Source: Octopus sinensis
Taxonomy: Eukaryota
Direction of reading: 5' to 3'
Length of the DNA stretch: 64,000 nucleotides
NCBI RefSeq assembly: GCF_006345805.1
Contig: NC_043009.1
Location: 2,976,001-3,040,000, forward strand
Part shown: one piece after another, positions 41,017 to 56,521 of the stretch
Numbering within the stretch: position 1 is the stretch's first letter
Layout of the letters: every line of letters begins with the position of its first letter
The notes under the pieces: generated by a model
Database searches by the model: none
Seen by the model: only the letters and a program-made list of their open reading frames with translations
Told to the model about the DNA's origin: nothing
Position numbers and translations under genes: made by a program

Positions 41017-41771
41017 AATACAATATTCTTAAGATTATAAGCCTGGGAAATTACAGGACAAGTGATTATACTTGGAAAAGTTCTGGACAACTTATTACAT
41101 TTGGTAAAGTACAAAACAACAAAATTCTTATTTAAAATATTACAACTAAGGATATAATTTCAAATAAAATGTTTAATTTAAATTTAGAAAATATTAGCTT
41201 TTATTAAAACTAAAAGTTTAATTACAAGTTATTACTCCATTTGTAATTATTTGTTACTTCAATTACAATTAAAAATTATTCAATTGAAATATCTGTTGCC
41301 CTTTTAAATAATTCTTTTTTTAATTATTAATCAAAAATTAGAAATTTGAAAATAGGTTATAAAATATAAAAGTAGGCCATAATCAGTTATTACGATAAAT
41401 AGAATAATTCAAAAATTAGCTATATGTTACACTTACATCTACCTATAACAACAAATTCAAAGTAACATTTGCTTGAGTTACTGCCTAAGTCATTGCCAAA
41501 TCTTAACATTTGTAGTCTTGACCCAATGCCTATTTTTTACATAATGAATTTTTCTACTACGTATACTATTCTACATTGCATAAAACGTTCGCTATATTGG
41601 TACATTTGGCTCACATTTGTTTAAGTATTCTAATGTGTCAATATTTTAACAAAATGATGTTGCCTTTTTCCTTAATTAAGTTAAATCGCAATACTACTCA
41701 GTGGTGTGTGTATATATAATATACATATACATATACATATATACATTATATATATATTTACATATATATTA

Positions 41772-42075
<304 letters not shown>

Positions 42076-42236
42076 TACATATATACATATATATACATAT
42101 ATATATATACATATACATTATATATACACACTATATATATATATACACATATATATACATATATATGTGTACATATATATATATTTATATATTTATATAT
42201 ATATAGAGAGAGAGAGAGCGACACCGTGTAGCATTA

Positions 42237-42508
42237 CGATATAACAGTGGCGACGAGGATTTCGTAGCTCACACACCCACTTTGCAATATTGCGATATAA
42301 CAGTGTCGACGAGGTTTCGAATAGTACCGAAATGGAAGAGTTACTGAAAGCAGTTGTAAAACAACAACAGCTGCAGCAGCAGCAGCAACAACTACAGAAT
42401 TTGACAGAATTGTTACTGTAGTAGAGAAATACGACAGAAACATTTTCAGCAGATGGTGTTGCAAATTCCATCGACGAATTTCACTACAATCCGGATGAAA
42501 GAAACTGA
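42237..42508 (+). mobile_element. Gypsy (Mag/K02A2.6-like) LTR retrotransposon fragment: LTR end, PBS and gag start
   Basis: ...ATATAACA-G-TGGCGACGAGG PBS-like site; from 42332 MEELLKAVVKQQQ...**...FSADGVANSIDEFHYNPDE, resembling the SIxEFxYxPE gag motif. Confidence 0.65.
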
Positions 42509-43878
42509 CATTCTGTCTCTCCATTTACTCCTCTGTCTATTGTCTTTCTATCACTCTTGTTTTCTCTCTCTCACTGTCTCTCTCTAACTCTCTCTTTCTG
42601 TCTTTCCCTCCTTGTCTACCTATCTATCTATCTATCTTTCCCCCTCTCACTGTATATCTATATATCTATATCTATATCTATCTATCTATATATATATATA
42701 TATATATATCATATATACACATACATACACACTTATTTTTACTTCTATTTCTACCCCCCATATATATATATATATATAAATAGAGAGAGAGAGAAAGAAA
42801 GAGAGTGTGTGAGAGAGAGGTAGACCGGTAGACAAACTGACACAGACAGTCAGATAGTGACAGAGAACAGTTGAGTAGCGAGTAGAGAAGAGCTGAGTCG
42901 AGTTGAGTAGAAGTCATCCGAAGGTGCGACGTAACAAATTATAATGTTACTTTGTAAAAAAAAAATCAAATATTTTAAGTAAAAATTATTGTCCTGTACT
43001 TTACGAGATGAAACAAATTGTCCCGAACTTTTCCAAGTGTAATAACTTGTCCTGTAATCTTCCAGGTTTATAATCTTAAGAATATTATTTCTCTTGCGCA
43101 CATTTTTCTATGTAATCCATGTTTTATTCTAGGCTATGCTGTTATGCTAATTAATAATGTGTCAAATGTGTCAATTAGCGGTGTCGTTGATAATGTTTTC
43201 CTTACTGCCATGACACCCGACACATATATTAAAAGACCTCTTGTAGAAATATATTCATAAAAAATCTAAAGAACTATATTATCACCCTCAAATTTGAGAA
43301 ACAAGCACTCATAACGTTTCTCTTTTAAAACTTCATTGCATGAGATTAATACAATGAAATTCTTCGAATTGAGCTCTATCATTTAAGCTTAATTAAAATA
43401 TAGTTTATTTCTAAAATAAGAAAGTTAATTATACTTAAATCCAATTTGTGGACTTACGTATATTGTCTTCATGATATTTTACCTCACAACGTTTTTGATA
43501 CAAATTTTTGTTACATAGCAAGAAAGCTATGAAATAATTCATGCTTTTGTCTTATCATTAAAGATAAAATAGATATTTCTTGCTCTTCAAATAAAAAAGT
43601 TATCTGGATCTAAACTTGATTGAGGGCGTTACTTACTCTCCAATAACATTGCCACAAATTGTGATGTAAACTTTTTTATACTGGATCAAATCTCAGTTTA
43701 ATTTTTTATGCGAAAATGTAGTTAAGGACCAGTGCTCTTCAAAAATGTTGACAGTTTTCAGTTTTGTTAAGAACTGAAACGTGGTGCGTGTGAGTAAATT
43801 GCAGCCTTAAGAATATTATTTAAATAGTACTGAACTTGAATGATATATGAATATATATTATATATATAGTATTGTATG

Positions 43879-43935
<57 letters not shown>

Positions 43936-43970
43936 CATATATATATAACACGCACACACACACACATAAA

Positions 43971-44181
43971 TAGGGAGCAGGGAGCAAAAGTTTCTTGGCG
44001 TTGGAGAAAAGAAAATGAATTAAGTTTGACTTTATTCAACATATTCCCCCCTCAATTTCACACACTTTTTGCATCGGTCCGTCGTTCTTTTTGAACCCTG
44101 TAAAAGAACTCGGAAGGTTGGACCTCCCGCCAGGCCTTTCGCAATACCCTTGGAGCCAGAAACCTTTTCACCAATCTCCCG
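43971..44181 (-). mobile_element. Mariner-derived MITE
   Basis: Retains the mariner C-terminus RCKKCVKLRGEYVE* between degenerate TIRs. Confidence 0.65.
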
Positions 44182-44769
44182 TATATATATCTGGCTGTAT
44201 TCAACGAGAATTTTCTCTTCGAATGAGCCTGTTTATTATTTAGTGAAAATAATATTTTTTTTCATACCAATCAGTAGAAATTAACATTTCGTAATTGTTT
44301 TCTACATTGTAGTTCTACTCCACATGTTTTTATAGCCACGAATATAAACGGAATACATTACATAGTTCGCATGATGACACCTTTACACAGATTTACATGG
44401 AATATTATATTTACTTCATACGATGGCACACAGCTTTACAGAAATAATCCTCTTCACATGCACTCATGTGTATACAATTGTGCTCTGTGTAATAACATAC
44501 CTACCTAGTTGGCACAAAATCATTGAACAAAAACTTTTATCAGTGTAGCGCCAAGAGGGCCATGTGAGATCATTCGTTATTATCTAAATACGGGTAAATT
44601 ATGGAGACTATATATATATATATATAATATATATATATCCCAGTTGTATACATACACACATCCCAGTAGTAGTAGGTTATATACATCCGAAGATTACTAA
44701 GGAGTTAAAATTGAAAATAATATTTTAAAAATCATTAAAAAATCAGAGAATTCTAATATATCTTCTTGA

Positions 44770-45940
44770 TATTCATTATCTCAATCTCTCAAATCAACTT
44801 TTCAATTACATTTGAATTTGAAATATTCTGGATACCATTGCAAGTTAGTAATTTCAGCAGACCTGTAATAGAGTGTTTCTCTAACATTGTTTCAAAGAAT
44901 GCTATGATTGCAGGTACTATGGTTGCTACTTGTTTCATGCGGAAAGCAGTCATAGGCATCAAGGAAAACACTCTCAGCACCTTACATTTGACCCAGCTGT
45001 ACATCGAAAATGTGACGGATAACAAGATCGTGAAAGCCCCAACAGCACCCTCATGTACACATTGAATCTGATTAGTCTGAGGCATCGGGAATGAAGTGAT
45101 TTTTTCCAACACACATTCTTCCACCTCTTTCAAGATGAACCCTAGATCTTATAATCATGGAGTTGATATAGAAGTAAAAATTAAGACACACGCATCCATC
45201 CGGAAAATACTTGCTGAAATATATACATATGTTAGTCGAAGCAACTATAAACTATAACAGACTGCATAAAATCCAGGCTCTTAGCATCACACGTGTCTTC
45301 CGCGCACTTGTTTCGAAACGTATGCAGCTTAGCTACTGTGAGACCACTAGAATACAGTAGACAGAAAAGCAGAAATTTCAAATGCTTCTATTAGTTTTGC
45401 TAAGTGTCAAAATGAAAGTAGAGTAATAGTGTCCTTAAGCCACTGCATTGCTACATAGTAGAATTTCTGGAGATTACTGTGGTCTATGGCGTCATAAATA
45501 TGATCAATAAACGGATAATATTACTCTGAATGTAGTTAATGTAGAATTCTAAATAGAGAATTAATTTCCTCATCACGGCCCATAAACATCATCCGTTATT
45601 TTAGCTTACAGCTGCATACATCCTTGCTTAAAGGCGATATCTTGTCGATTAGATAATTTAGATTCTGATGAACGTCTAGCATGGTTGAACATATCATATA
45701 GATACAGGATAATGATCATAATTCTTCCCAATTCTCTGTTATATTTCTGTCTATACTAAAACGATCTCGTATCCGCTGGGTTGTGAAGCTTAGCCCCAAA
45801 TATTCTTCAAATATGTACTCTTCACCTGTATAGGCTATAGTGTCTGACGCTCCCCAAGCTGTAGCGTAAACACAAGTTAATTTTATTTTCATAGCCTTCA
45901 AACTTATATAATTCCCATTGTACTTACGTTCTTCCATCAG
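44770..45940 (-). mobile_element. Possible ancient L2/CR1-like LINE RT remnant
   Basis: Stop-interrupted FIDHIYDAIDHSNLQKFYYVAMQWLK resembles FIDLxKAFDxIDHSILLxKLxxYG; downstream KLLTCNGIQNISNS resembles thumb-region KLxxLQKRAIRIISNS. Confidence 0.35.
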
Positions 45941-46473
45941 GTTTTAATCAGAAATTCAGGTTGAATATAAATAATACATCACTTTACTTGTGTGAGACGC
46001 TTGCTTGTTTGAGAATCCTATATGCCTCAAAGCAAATTGTGTTAGATTATAATAAGAACATTATTCTTGAAAGTCCGCTCAGAAGCATTTCAATTTTTCT
46101 ATAGCCGAATTCCTTGAATTTGTTATCAATAAAATTTACGATATACACCTTTATATTATGAAACCCCTGTATTTAATCATTGAAATGTATGTTATTAATA
46201 TTTAGATAGCGGTAAACTGGCAGAAATTTTAGAAAGTCGGCAAAATGCCTTGCAGTTTTTGTTACTGCCTTTACATTCTTATTTCTAATCCTGCCAAATA
46301 TTGTTTTGTCTTTCATCCCTCCAGCTTTAAAGAATACAGTAGTCGGCAACTAATACGGGCAGCATAAACAAATAAGCTCCTATCTTCATAAAGGTGGCTT
46401 TTTTGTGCCTAAAACTCACAATTATTTCGATAGCTGAAATTGCTGATTTTTATTTACAAATTATTTTATAGGT

Positions 46474-46646
46474 AGGCGTAGAAGTGGCTGTGTGGTAAGT
46501 AGCTTGCTTAGGGACCACATGGTTCCGGGTACAGTCCCACTGCGTGGCAAATTGGGCAGGTGTCTTCAACTATAGCCTCATCCGACCAAACCCTTGTGAG
46601 TGGATTTGGTAGACGGAAACTGAAAGAAGCCCGTCGTATATATATT

Positions 46647-46690
<44 letters not shown>

Positions 46691-46995
46691 GTATATACAT
46701 ATATATATGATGTGTGTGTATTATATATATATTATATATATATATATTATATATATATATATATATATGTGTGTGCTGTGTGTGTGTTGTGCGTCTGTGT
46801 TTGTCCCCCAATATCGCTTGTCAACCGAGGCTGGTGTGTTTACGTCCCCGTAACTTAGCGGTTCGGCAAAAGAGACCGATAGAATAAGTACTAGGTTTAC
46901 AATGAATAAGTCCTGGGGACGATTTGCTCGACTAACGGCGGTGCTCCAGCATGGCCACAGTGGAATAACTGAAACAAGTAAAAGTGTAAAAGAGA
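46474..46995 (+). mobile_element. SINE family A, full length
   Basis: Matches 7273-7702. Confidence 0.85.
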
Positions 46996-47604
46996 GTATG
47001 TTATTATCTTCAATCCCCAACACAATGCCGTTTACCTTGAAAGTAGAGCTCGGATACGAAAGTCTTAATGATATCCAATAACTCTCTAGTCATGGGACTT
47101 GGAGCTACCATTAACGATTTTTAAATCTGTGTGTGGAGTAACTGATTGCTATACGTTAATACACGTTACATTAAGATAGTTGTAATTTTATTGTGGAAAG
47201 TGATAATAAATGTCAAAAGAGTAGTCAACATTAAATATTCACAAATACTTGGAAACAATGTATATGAAGATGTATGCAGATTTAGAATTTGAAACTTTAG
47301 ATTGTTAAATAGTTTTCAAATTTTAATATTTAATGAGAAATCAATATTTAATGAAGTATATAATTGCAATGCTAGACAACAATTATAATATATTGCACAC
47401 GTTAACTATTAGAAGTGAAAATTATTTACTAAACATAATACACTGGTAACAATGAAAAGCTGATAAATTTCTCATTTGCTGGCAGAATGGTTAGTCCAGA
47501 GATATGATGATGCCGCAGACAATATGAGCAACGGTATCTCTGCTGCAACAATAACTGGCACTGAGTGTGGGGATGTGATAGGAAGATATTCGTCTACAAC
47601 GACG

Positions 47605-47905
47605 GAAACTCTGTCGGCAACGACAACGCGGGTTCCAGTTGATCGGAGCAACGTAAGATCTTGCTCGTGCAATTAATGTGGAAGTGATTTAACACTCTGC
47701 AGTCACGTGTATCCTTAACGTTGCTCTCATGGAGAGACAAGACCACCCATTTGAAATACAGAAACTACTCATTTTTGCTAACTGTGTGGACTGGAGCAAT
47801 GTATAATAAAGTGTCTTGCTCAAGGACACCACGCGCATCAGGTATCGAAATCGTTAACTTACGATCGCGAGCCAAATAACCTAACCACTTAGCCACACGA
47901 TGATT
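47605..47905 (-). mobile_element. SINE family C, diverged
   Basis: Homologous to 21463-21781. Confidence 0.7.
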
Positions 47906-48507
47906 TGACAGCCCAAAAAGAATAAGTGTCTTCTCAGCAATCCGACTTGGTGGATGTACCATCACATATAAATAAGTGGATGATAAAGATGCTCCCCGTA
48001 CTTATAACTAGGTTTGTAAAGAGAGGGAGCAAATGCGGGGCGAAAGAAGAATGACAGAATTTTCCAGAAAGAACAAAGAACTCATAAAGGAATAACGATC
48101 TAAAGTCTATGAAATGATGGAGATAAGCTTAAGCCTTTTTTTTAAAGAAAAAATTCCCCGGTGATTACGGAAATTATCTCCTGCGTACGAGACCCCATTT
48201 ATTGGAAAGTTAATCACCTTTCCGTTAAAAAATATACGTCTTCTATTGTGAAAGGAGAACCTGTTTCCTGTAAAGGGAAATTATGTCCTCCCTATTTTAA
48301 ATGGTTTTAACTGTCCCACGCCGTATCAACCACTTTTTGCTAGAGGATATACATATATATAAATATATGTTCAATGACGATTCAAACGAAACGCTGATCA
48401 AGAAATAGATGGCACAAAATAATAAAGTCCTACAAGACTGTTTACGATATGTTATTTTCTCAGTAACAACAGTCGTGGCCAAAAGTTCAGAACCTATTTT
48501 TGCATAT

Positions 48508-48850
48508 ATTATTTACATTTGACGGATATTTGTTATCTTTTTTGTCGTTAACACAACGTTTCGGCTGATATACCCTCTAGCCTTCATTTTACGAGTTAGT
48601 TTGTGATAGAGTTTCTCTATATGTCACCATTGAAGTCTAATGTCGGCTCCGTACCGATTAGATAATAGAGTTCAAAGAGGAAGAATTATGTACCTTATTT
48701 ACATTTGACGGATATTTATGTTTGTTGTTAACATAACGTTCCGGGTGGAGGGTATATCAGCCGAAACGTTGTGTTATCAAGAAACAAGATGAGGACAAAT
48801 ATCCGTCAAATGTAAATAATATAAAAAGGTACACAATTCCTCATCTCTTA
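48508..48850. mobile_element. PLE-type short element with inverted segments and a truncated hammerhead
   Basis: TTTACATTTGACGGATATTT segments occur in both orientations; ATGA-AGGCT...AGCC-GAAACG lies at about 48555-48590 (minus); related to 37031-37129. Confidence 0.55.
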
Positions 48851-50139
48851 AATATGGAAACTATTTTCGCATACTATTTATGTGAAAATGTTAATGGACG
48901 TGAAAAGCAGTGATGGTCAAATCTTCTGACAAGCGGCCGATAACGCTCCGACACCTCTGGTTTTCCTTGGGTTTTAAGTAACTCACTCCAAAACGTCTCA
49001 AAGTACGAGAGACTAGATATGTATCTTGGATTAACGATGGCACTATGTAGATCTATTCGAAAAGGTGGGGACCTGAAGGTCAGACAACCTTGTTTTTTTA
49101 AAAATTCTAACAAATTACGATTAAGTTTCCCGGATACGCCGATGTGGATATGGGTAAAATGCAGCGTGTCACACAAACTGTATCTTCATGGATATTCTCT
49201 AGACCACTAGAGAGGGATAGCAAGTGTTTTTCACAGTTACAAGTTCTCTGCTACACTGACCTAAAATTTCTGACCTGTAGGTAGACCTAGATAACTTTCC
49301 CAGGTAGCGAACCAGCTAAAGGCAGTTGTACGAATATTTTTAGTACCACTAATTTACGAGAACAAATTAGTGAATTAGTTAAATGCATTTTACTCTAAGC
49401 AAGCATAAAAATAAACATGCACGCATACACACATGGATATGAATATAAAGGAGTACATCTCTATTGACTGTGATAACGCGCGCCTCAATGTGTTGGGTTC
49501 ACGATAATGATGTTATACTTTCGATTCCTTGGGCTGGCGGTTCAGAGCATCAACAAGTCTTTCTGTAGGGGACAGAGCGTACGACAGATTGATCTTCAGA
49601 ATATATATATGTATATATAGGTGTCCATTTTTTTTACATGAAAATTATATTGGTTGCCGTTGTCAGGATATCATTACATATAATATCATGACCAGTGTTG
49701 TATGACATTTTAACACATTTTAAAATTCATAAGTGAAATGTCTCTACGATTTCCCATTTGACCAGGACATTAAAAATCACGAAACACACCTATTTATTAT
49801 GAAAAGGAAAGATAAAGATAATCTTTGATAAAACATGTCGAAATTTGTTGATAAAATACTTGAAGTTATGTATTTTAATTGATATCATGGTCGAATATTA
49901 TCAATGTATACAAGTGTAGACATAAGTACATACAGAAATATATATTTGCCAGTGTTTGGGAGCGGAAAAACTATATACATACATACATACAGACAGGGAG
50001 GGAGGGGAGGGAGGGAGGGAGGGGAGGGAGACAGGAGGAGGGAGACAGGGAGACAGGGAGACAGGCATAAATAAATGTATATTAATATATATATTCTATA
50101 TATATATATGTATATATAGTATATAGTATATATATATAC

Positions 50140-50172
<33 letters not shown>

Positions 50173-50212
50173 ATATATGTATATGTATATGTATATCTAT
50201 ATCTATATATAC

Positions 50213-50254
<42 letters not shown>

Positions 50255-50542
50255 CGATGGATGTGTATGCGTGTGAATACATATGTGTATATATTTATAG
50301 TCATGCGTGTCAGCGCTGTGCTAATATAATCTATCGCAAATTTCGTTCTCTAAATGACCTTTGAGTGTCAGTATTTAATTTAATATAATATTTGTTCTCC
50401 CTATCATTTTGATTGGTATAATTTCCCTATGGAAACTTCGTATTCTAAAGTATATTATTTATCTGATCTCAAGTGAAATAATTCTATATCGTCCAATCCA
50501 GATTAAAACAAATGCGACAAACAACCCAGTTTATTATCTATA

Positions 50543-50573
<31 letters not shown>

Positions 50574-50717
50574 ATATATTATAGTATATAATCTGATTGC
50601 ATATGCATTTAGATATATATATACATATTTACACACACATATATATTATTACACATTTATACGTTATATATATAATATATATATTGTATATTATTACGTA
50701 TATCTATATTGTATATA

Positions 50718-50768
<51 letters not shown>

Positions 50769-50941
50769 TGCATGTATAACAGATTATATTATAGATGTGC
50801 ATATATATATGTATTATATTTATTTATTAAATATAATCCACCACCACACACACCTCAATATATATATATATATATAATATATATATATATATGTACATAT
50901 ATACGTATTGATATATATATATATATATATTGATACATATA

Positions 50942-50983
<42 letters not shown>

Positions 50984-51249
50984 TTTTATGTGTGCATGTA
51001 TATGTGTGTCTGTGTATGTGTGTATGTATTTTTATGTATGTATACAGAGAGACAGAAAGCGAGAATATAAGAATTAAGCATGGGGGCCCAATACAAATAT
51101 AAAAGCAAAACTAATTTTCTTCTTGTAAGGATGACATTTCCGCAACGTGTGTTGACAGTATTACATTAAAATGTATTTTATTCAACAGACGATGCTTGTT
51201 TGTTTCTCAAAATAGTTTTATAAATTTCATACACACACAATCATACACA

Positions 51250-52712
51250 AAAAACTACAGGCCAGTCTCCCTGACGTCACACATAAGTAAGGTCATGGAA
51301 CGAATCATCAGAAAAAAACTGATCACGTTCCTCGAAGAAACTAACCGTCTCACTGACACACGCATGGCTTTCGCCCAGGAAGAAGCTGCCTTACGCAGCT
51401 GTTACAACACACTACGACTGGGTACTAAAACAACTACTGGATCGCTCACAGGTGGATGTGGTATATCTCGACTTTGCGAAGGCCTTTGACAAAGTCGACG
51501 ACCACTGAGTGATATGTCACAAATTACTCAGACTCGGCATAACAGGAAAAGTAGTGAGTGGATACATGACTTCCTGAAGGACAGAAGCCAGATGGTGCAG
51601 CCAATTGAGCCCTCTCGGGAAAGACACCAATAGCAAGCGGGGTGCCACAGGGCACAGTCTTGGGACCCTTGCTGTTTTGGTGGCGCTCTCTGACATGCCC
51701 TTGGTAGCACAAACAACATCCCCCACTAGCTATGCTGATGACACAAAGGTAATCAAAAACCAGCTGATGCTGACCTTTTACAACAAGATCTGGATGCCAT
51801 ATACAAATGGGCTGAAGACAACAACATGCAATTTAATGCTGGTAAATTTCAAGCCTTACAATATAAGCTGTAAACACATATACATTACAACACAACTATA
51901 CTGGTCCAGGAGGGATCGAAATCCCAGTATCGAAATCAATACGGGACCTGGGGATAGACATGAGTGACGATGCATCTTTTTTTCACACATCGCGAAGGTG
52001 GCGACAATGTGCAGACGACTCACTGGCTTGGATCCTGAGGACATTCCGGACAAGAGACTGCGAGACCATGTTGACACTATGGAGGACATTTGTCCTAAGC
52101 CGCCTGGACTACTGCTCCCAAGTGGTCACCGCATAGTGTCAAACTAACCACAGAGCTTGAGACAATCCAAGACATTTCACCAAGAGGATTTCCACCATGA
52201 AAGAAAAGAACTATGGGAGAGGCTTAGGGAATCAATTTGTACTCCTTGGAACGAAGACGAGGAGAGATATGCAGTGATATACATATGGAAAATCCTGGAG
52301 GGACTAGCACCAAATTTTGGAATTGAGAGCTGTTCCAATCCCCGTACAGGACGTCACTGTGTGGTGCCAAAGGTCCGTCTTCCACATCCAGGGTAAGGAG
52401 CAGATACTGTAATAGCCTGGGGTTCAGGGGCCCTCAGCTTTTCAACAAACTGCCAAGAAAACTAAGAGATCTACATGATGCGGATGTGGACATTTTCAAA
52501 TAAAATCTAGACAAGCTGCTTTCCGGGATCCCAGATGAACCCACTGCAAGGTACGAAGGTAACCTAAGGGCAGCAGCTACAAACTCTCTCTTAGATCAGT
52601 GGCCAGCCACGGCAAACTGGACTTAGAGAGGGTAGCAACAAGGGCGGTGCCCCAGCATGGCCTCAGCCGGATGGCTGAAACAAGTAAAAGAGTAAAAGAG
52701 TAAAAGAGTAAA
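51250..52712 (+). mobile_element. CR1-like LINE, 5'-truncated and decayed (RT domain to 3' tail)
   Basis: Across frameshifts: KNYRPVSLTSHISKVMERII, VDVVYLDFAKAFDKVD, SGVPQGTVLGPLLF, SYADDTKV, LDYCSQVWSP, RRRERYAVIYIWKILEG. It ends in (GTAAAAGA)3. Confidence 0.92.
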
Positions 52713-53028
52713 TACACACAAACACACACAATTATATATATGTATTTAAACACAGATACACAAAGGCATATATATATATATTTACACACATAAACGTGCC
52801 ATGCACATGCGCACAAACAAATACACACTCACACGTGCACGTTACCTAATGATAATCATAATATTGACTCTTTTGGCAATTCATACTCTCTCTGTACCAC
52901 TAATGCCGTGACAGTGTCTAGTTGTAAAAATTAGATTTGTTATTTTCAAATAATATGGGTGTGTGCGTATGTGCGTGTGTGCCTCTCTCTGTGTATGGAT
53001 ATGTCCATGTATATATATGTATATATGT

Positions 53029-53087
<59 letters not shown>

Positions 53088-53298
53088 GCATATATATATT
53101 ATATAATATATATATAATATATATATATGTATATATATATATAATATATATATATATATACATATATATATGTGTATAAATGTATATATATGCATATATA
53201 AATATAAATATATATATATGTATATACATAATATATAATGTATATACATACACAGCTATTTCTAAGTAGACATGCACTCACACACATTATACATACAC

Positions 53299-53331
<33 letters not shown>

Positions 53332-53669
53332 GATATAGTTTTGTATGTATGAATGTACGTAAGTATGTATGCATGTACATATACGTTTTCGTAGTGGACC
53401 ATCGCTTCTTTTTCTGTGTGCCTCTGTGTGGCGTACGACCATTTGAAATTCCATACATTGCTATATAGAACGCAGTAAATTATAAAGAAATAAAGGAAAA
53501 GCTCTGAATAAAAAAATAACAATATTCAAAGAATAAAATGTTACAAAAACAAAATGAAATAATATAACATACAAGTGTTAATATGCCGAAAAACATATCA
53601 TGTGAATGAATAAGTGAAATATTGCTAATTTGCTATACTGACTTATTCCTGCCACTTCTCTAGAATTGC

Positions 53670-53762
53670 ATAATAATAATAATAATACCAATAATAATAA
53701 TAATAATGATAATAATAATAATAATAATAAATAATAACACAATAATAATAATAATAATGATG

Positions 53763-53796
<34 letters not shown>

Positions 53797-53817
53797 TAAT
53801 AATAATAATAATGATGA

Positions 53818-53861
<44 letters not shown>

Positions 53862-53876
53862 TGATGATAAAAAAAA

Positions 53877-53949
<73 letters not shown>

Positions 53950-53976
53950 GTGATGGTGATGATGATGATGATGATG

Positions 53977-54017
<41 letters not shown>

Positions 54018-54164
54018 GGCTATGATGCGATGATGATTATGTTGATGATAATGACGACGATGATGATGAAGATGATGATTTTGATGATATTAATAACAAT
54101 AAATATAACAACATCAATATATTAATCATAAAAATAAAAATTATAAAATATCATATTAATAATA

Positions 54165-54222
<58 letters not shown>

Positions 54223-54227
54223 TAATA

Positions 54228-54278
<51 letters not shown>

Positions 54279-54315
54279 TAACAACAACAAATAATGATAA
54301 TAATAATAATAATGT
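53670..54315. repeat. (AAT)n/(GAT)n compound microsatellite
   Basis: Visible directly. Confidence 0.95.
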
Positions 54316-54543
54316 ACCTTAATAATATTATTGTTTCTTAGTTGTTGATCATTTGTTCTGTATTGTATTCATTATTTATTTATTGCAGTATAGATTGTTT
54401 TCTATATATTTATGTTTAATTCAATTTCTTGTTTATATCCCTAATAAATATTCGGTTCATTTAACGTTTTTAAAAAAAATATTTCACAAGTCAAAATAAA
54501 ACACATATAATATTTTGTATAATGTTGTCATGTCTATACATGC

Positions 54544-54590
<47 letters not shown>

Positions 54591-54896
54591 ATAATATAAT
54601 AGATAATGTGTGGACGTGTGTATGTGTATGATTATTTTTACTTTTCGTTGTTGGAAAAATTTCATAAAATGACGCTTGAATGATTTCATAAAAATCTTTT
54701 CTCAAGTTAGGATTATACTTCATTCTGCTCCCACACAATACCTTAATCTTACAGACCATGAAACGAAATGAAATCTATTTATACGCCTCGAATGAGACGC
54801 TACCGAATATTGATATTGAAAAGCTCATCAATCAAAAAAACCGTATATGTGTACGCATGTATATATATATATATATATTTATGTAGATATGTTATG

Positions 54897-54962
<66 letters not shown>

Positions 54963-55844
54963 GTATACATATATATATATACATACATATATATATATAT
55001 ATATATACGTATATGTATGTGCATGTATATCTATACTATATATATGCCTACACATAAGTATAAGTGTATGTGTATGAATATATATATATATATATATTTA
55101 TATACGTATTAAATGATATGGGTATATGTATGTTACTGTATATACGTGTGTTTTATATATATATATATGGGTGGATGTCTTGCTATCGCAATATATGCAC
55201 ACAAAATTGCAGATATATACATATATATAGATGTGTGTGTTTGTGCGCGTATGTATGTATATTTACACATATATACGTACGTACATATATATATATGCAA
55301 TTATATATGCATAAATATACATACATACATATATAGATATATATATGAGTACATATATACATGCCTATATATTGAAAGTAGTACGAGAGGGAGAGAGCGA
55401 AAGAGAAAGTGAGGGAGAGAGAGGATGTGCGGGAAAGAGAGGAGATAGAAAGAGAAGGCGATCTGAAAGAAGATCACTAAGACACTTTGGGAAAACTTAG
55501 AGTTGCCCCGTAGTTATAAGCGATGGACGCTACAAGTTACCATTCCTGTAACAGCAGAGAATCGAGTGTAAATAGGATATAAAATACTGCATGACCAAAA
55601 AGAAAAACAGAAAAAATATATATATATAAATGAGCGCTGCGTGCCTGAAGTTTCGATGTTAATCATTCGGATCAAAAGGTAGCTTCGTTTCCAACTTTCA
55701 TATCTTTGGTACAATCCAAATATTTGAAAGATAGAATGATAGTACCCTTGAATGAAGATTTAGGAACTGGGTATGATGTTGATGATGGTGCTCATGATGA
55801 GATGTACGAGAAGTTGAAAAAGAAAGTGTGCGTAAGACGATGGC

Positions 55845-55886
55845 AATGATGATGATAGCGATGATGATGATGATGATGATGATAGC

Positions 55887-55932
<46 letters not shown>

Positions 55933-55951
55933 TTGGTGGTGATGAAGATGG

Positions 55952-56003
<52 letters not shown>

Positions 56004-56230
56004 TGTAGTGATGATGATCTCGATGATGGTGATTATGATGATGATGATGATGATGATGATGGTGATTATGATGATGATGTTTGTGATGTTGATGGTGAGT
56101 CGTGAGGGGAAAGAATACGTTTACGATCGTGATAATGTTGATGATGAAGATGATTATGATGTCGATGACGATTTTTATGGCATTTAGGATGAGTATAGCG
56201 TCGAAGAGAATGACGACGACTGCGATGGTA

Positions 56231-56262
<32 letters not shown>

Positions 56263-56462
56263 GATGAAGCGGTGGCAGTGACACTGGTGGTGTTGATAAG
56301 GAATACGATGAAAATGAGGATAATGTTGGCTATGATGATTATGATGCCAATGAGGATGCTGACGATACGATGCTCATGAAGACGATGATGATGTTGATAT
56401 TTGTTCGGAGTGTTGGAGGAGGAAGTAGAAGTAGAAGAAAAATATGATGATGATTACGAGGT

Positions 56463-56521
<59 letters not shown>

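Noticed and set aside
44789-45133. Hydrophobic ORF resembling a transporter, and an LDLa-like CYPSHFRC in another frame
   Set aside because: No family motif holds up and the LDLa-like frame stops immediately; more likely part of the old LINE remnant.
45716-45937. ORF with superficial TIR-domain resemblance
   Set aside because: No real TIR box motifs; the region fits a decayed LINE better.
47476-47676. Ser/Thr-rich 66-aa ORF
   Set aside because: It overlaps SINE-derived sequence.
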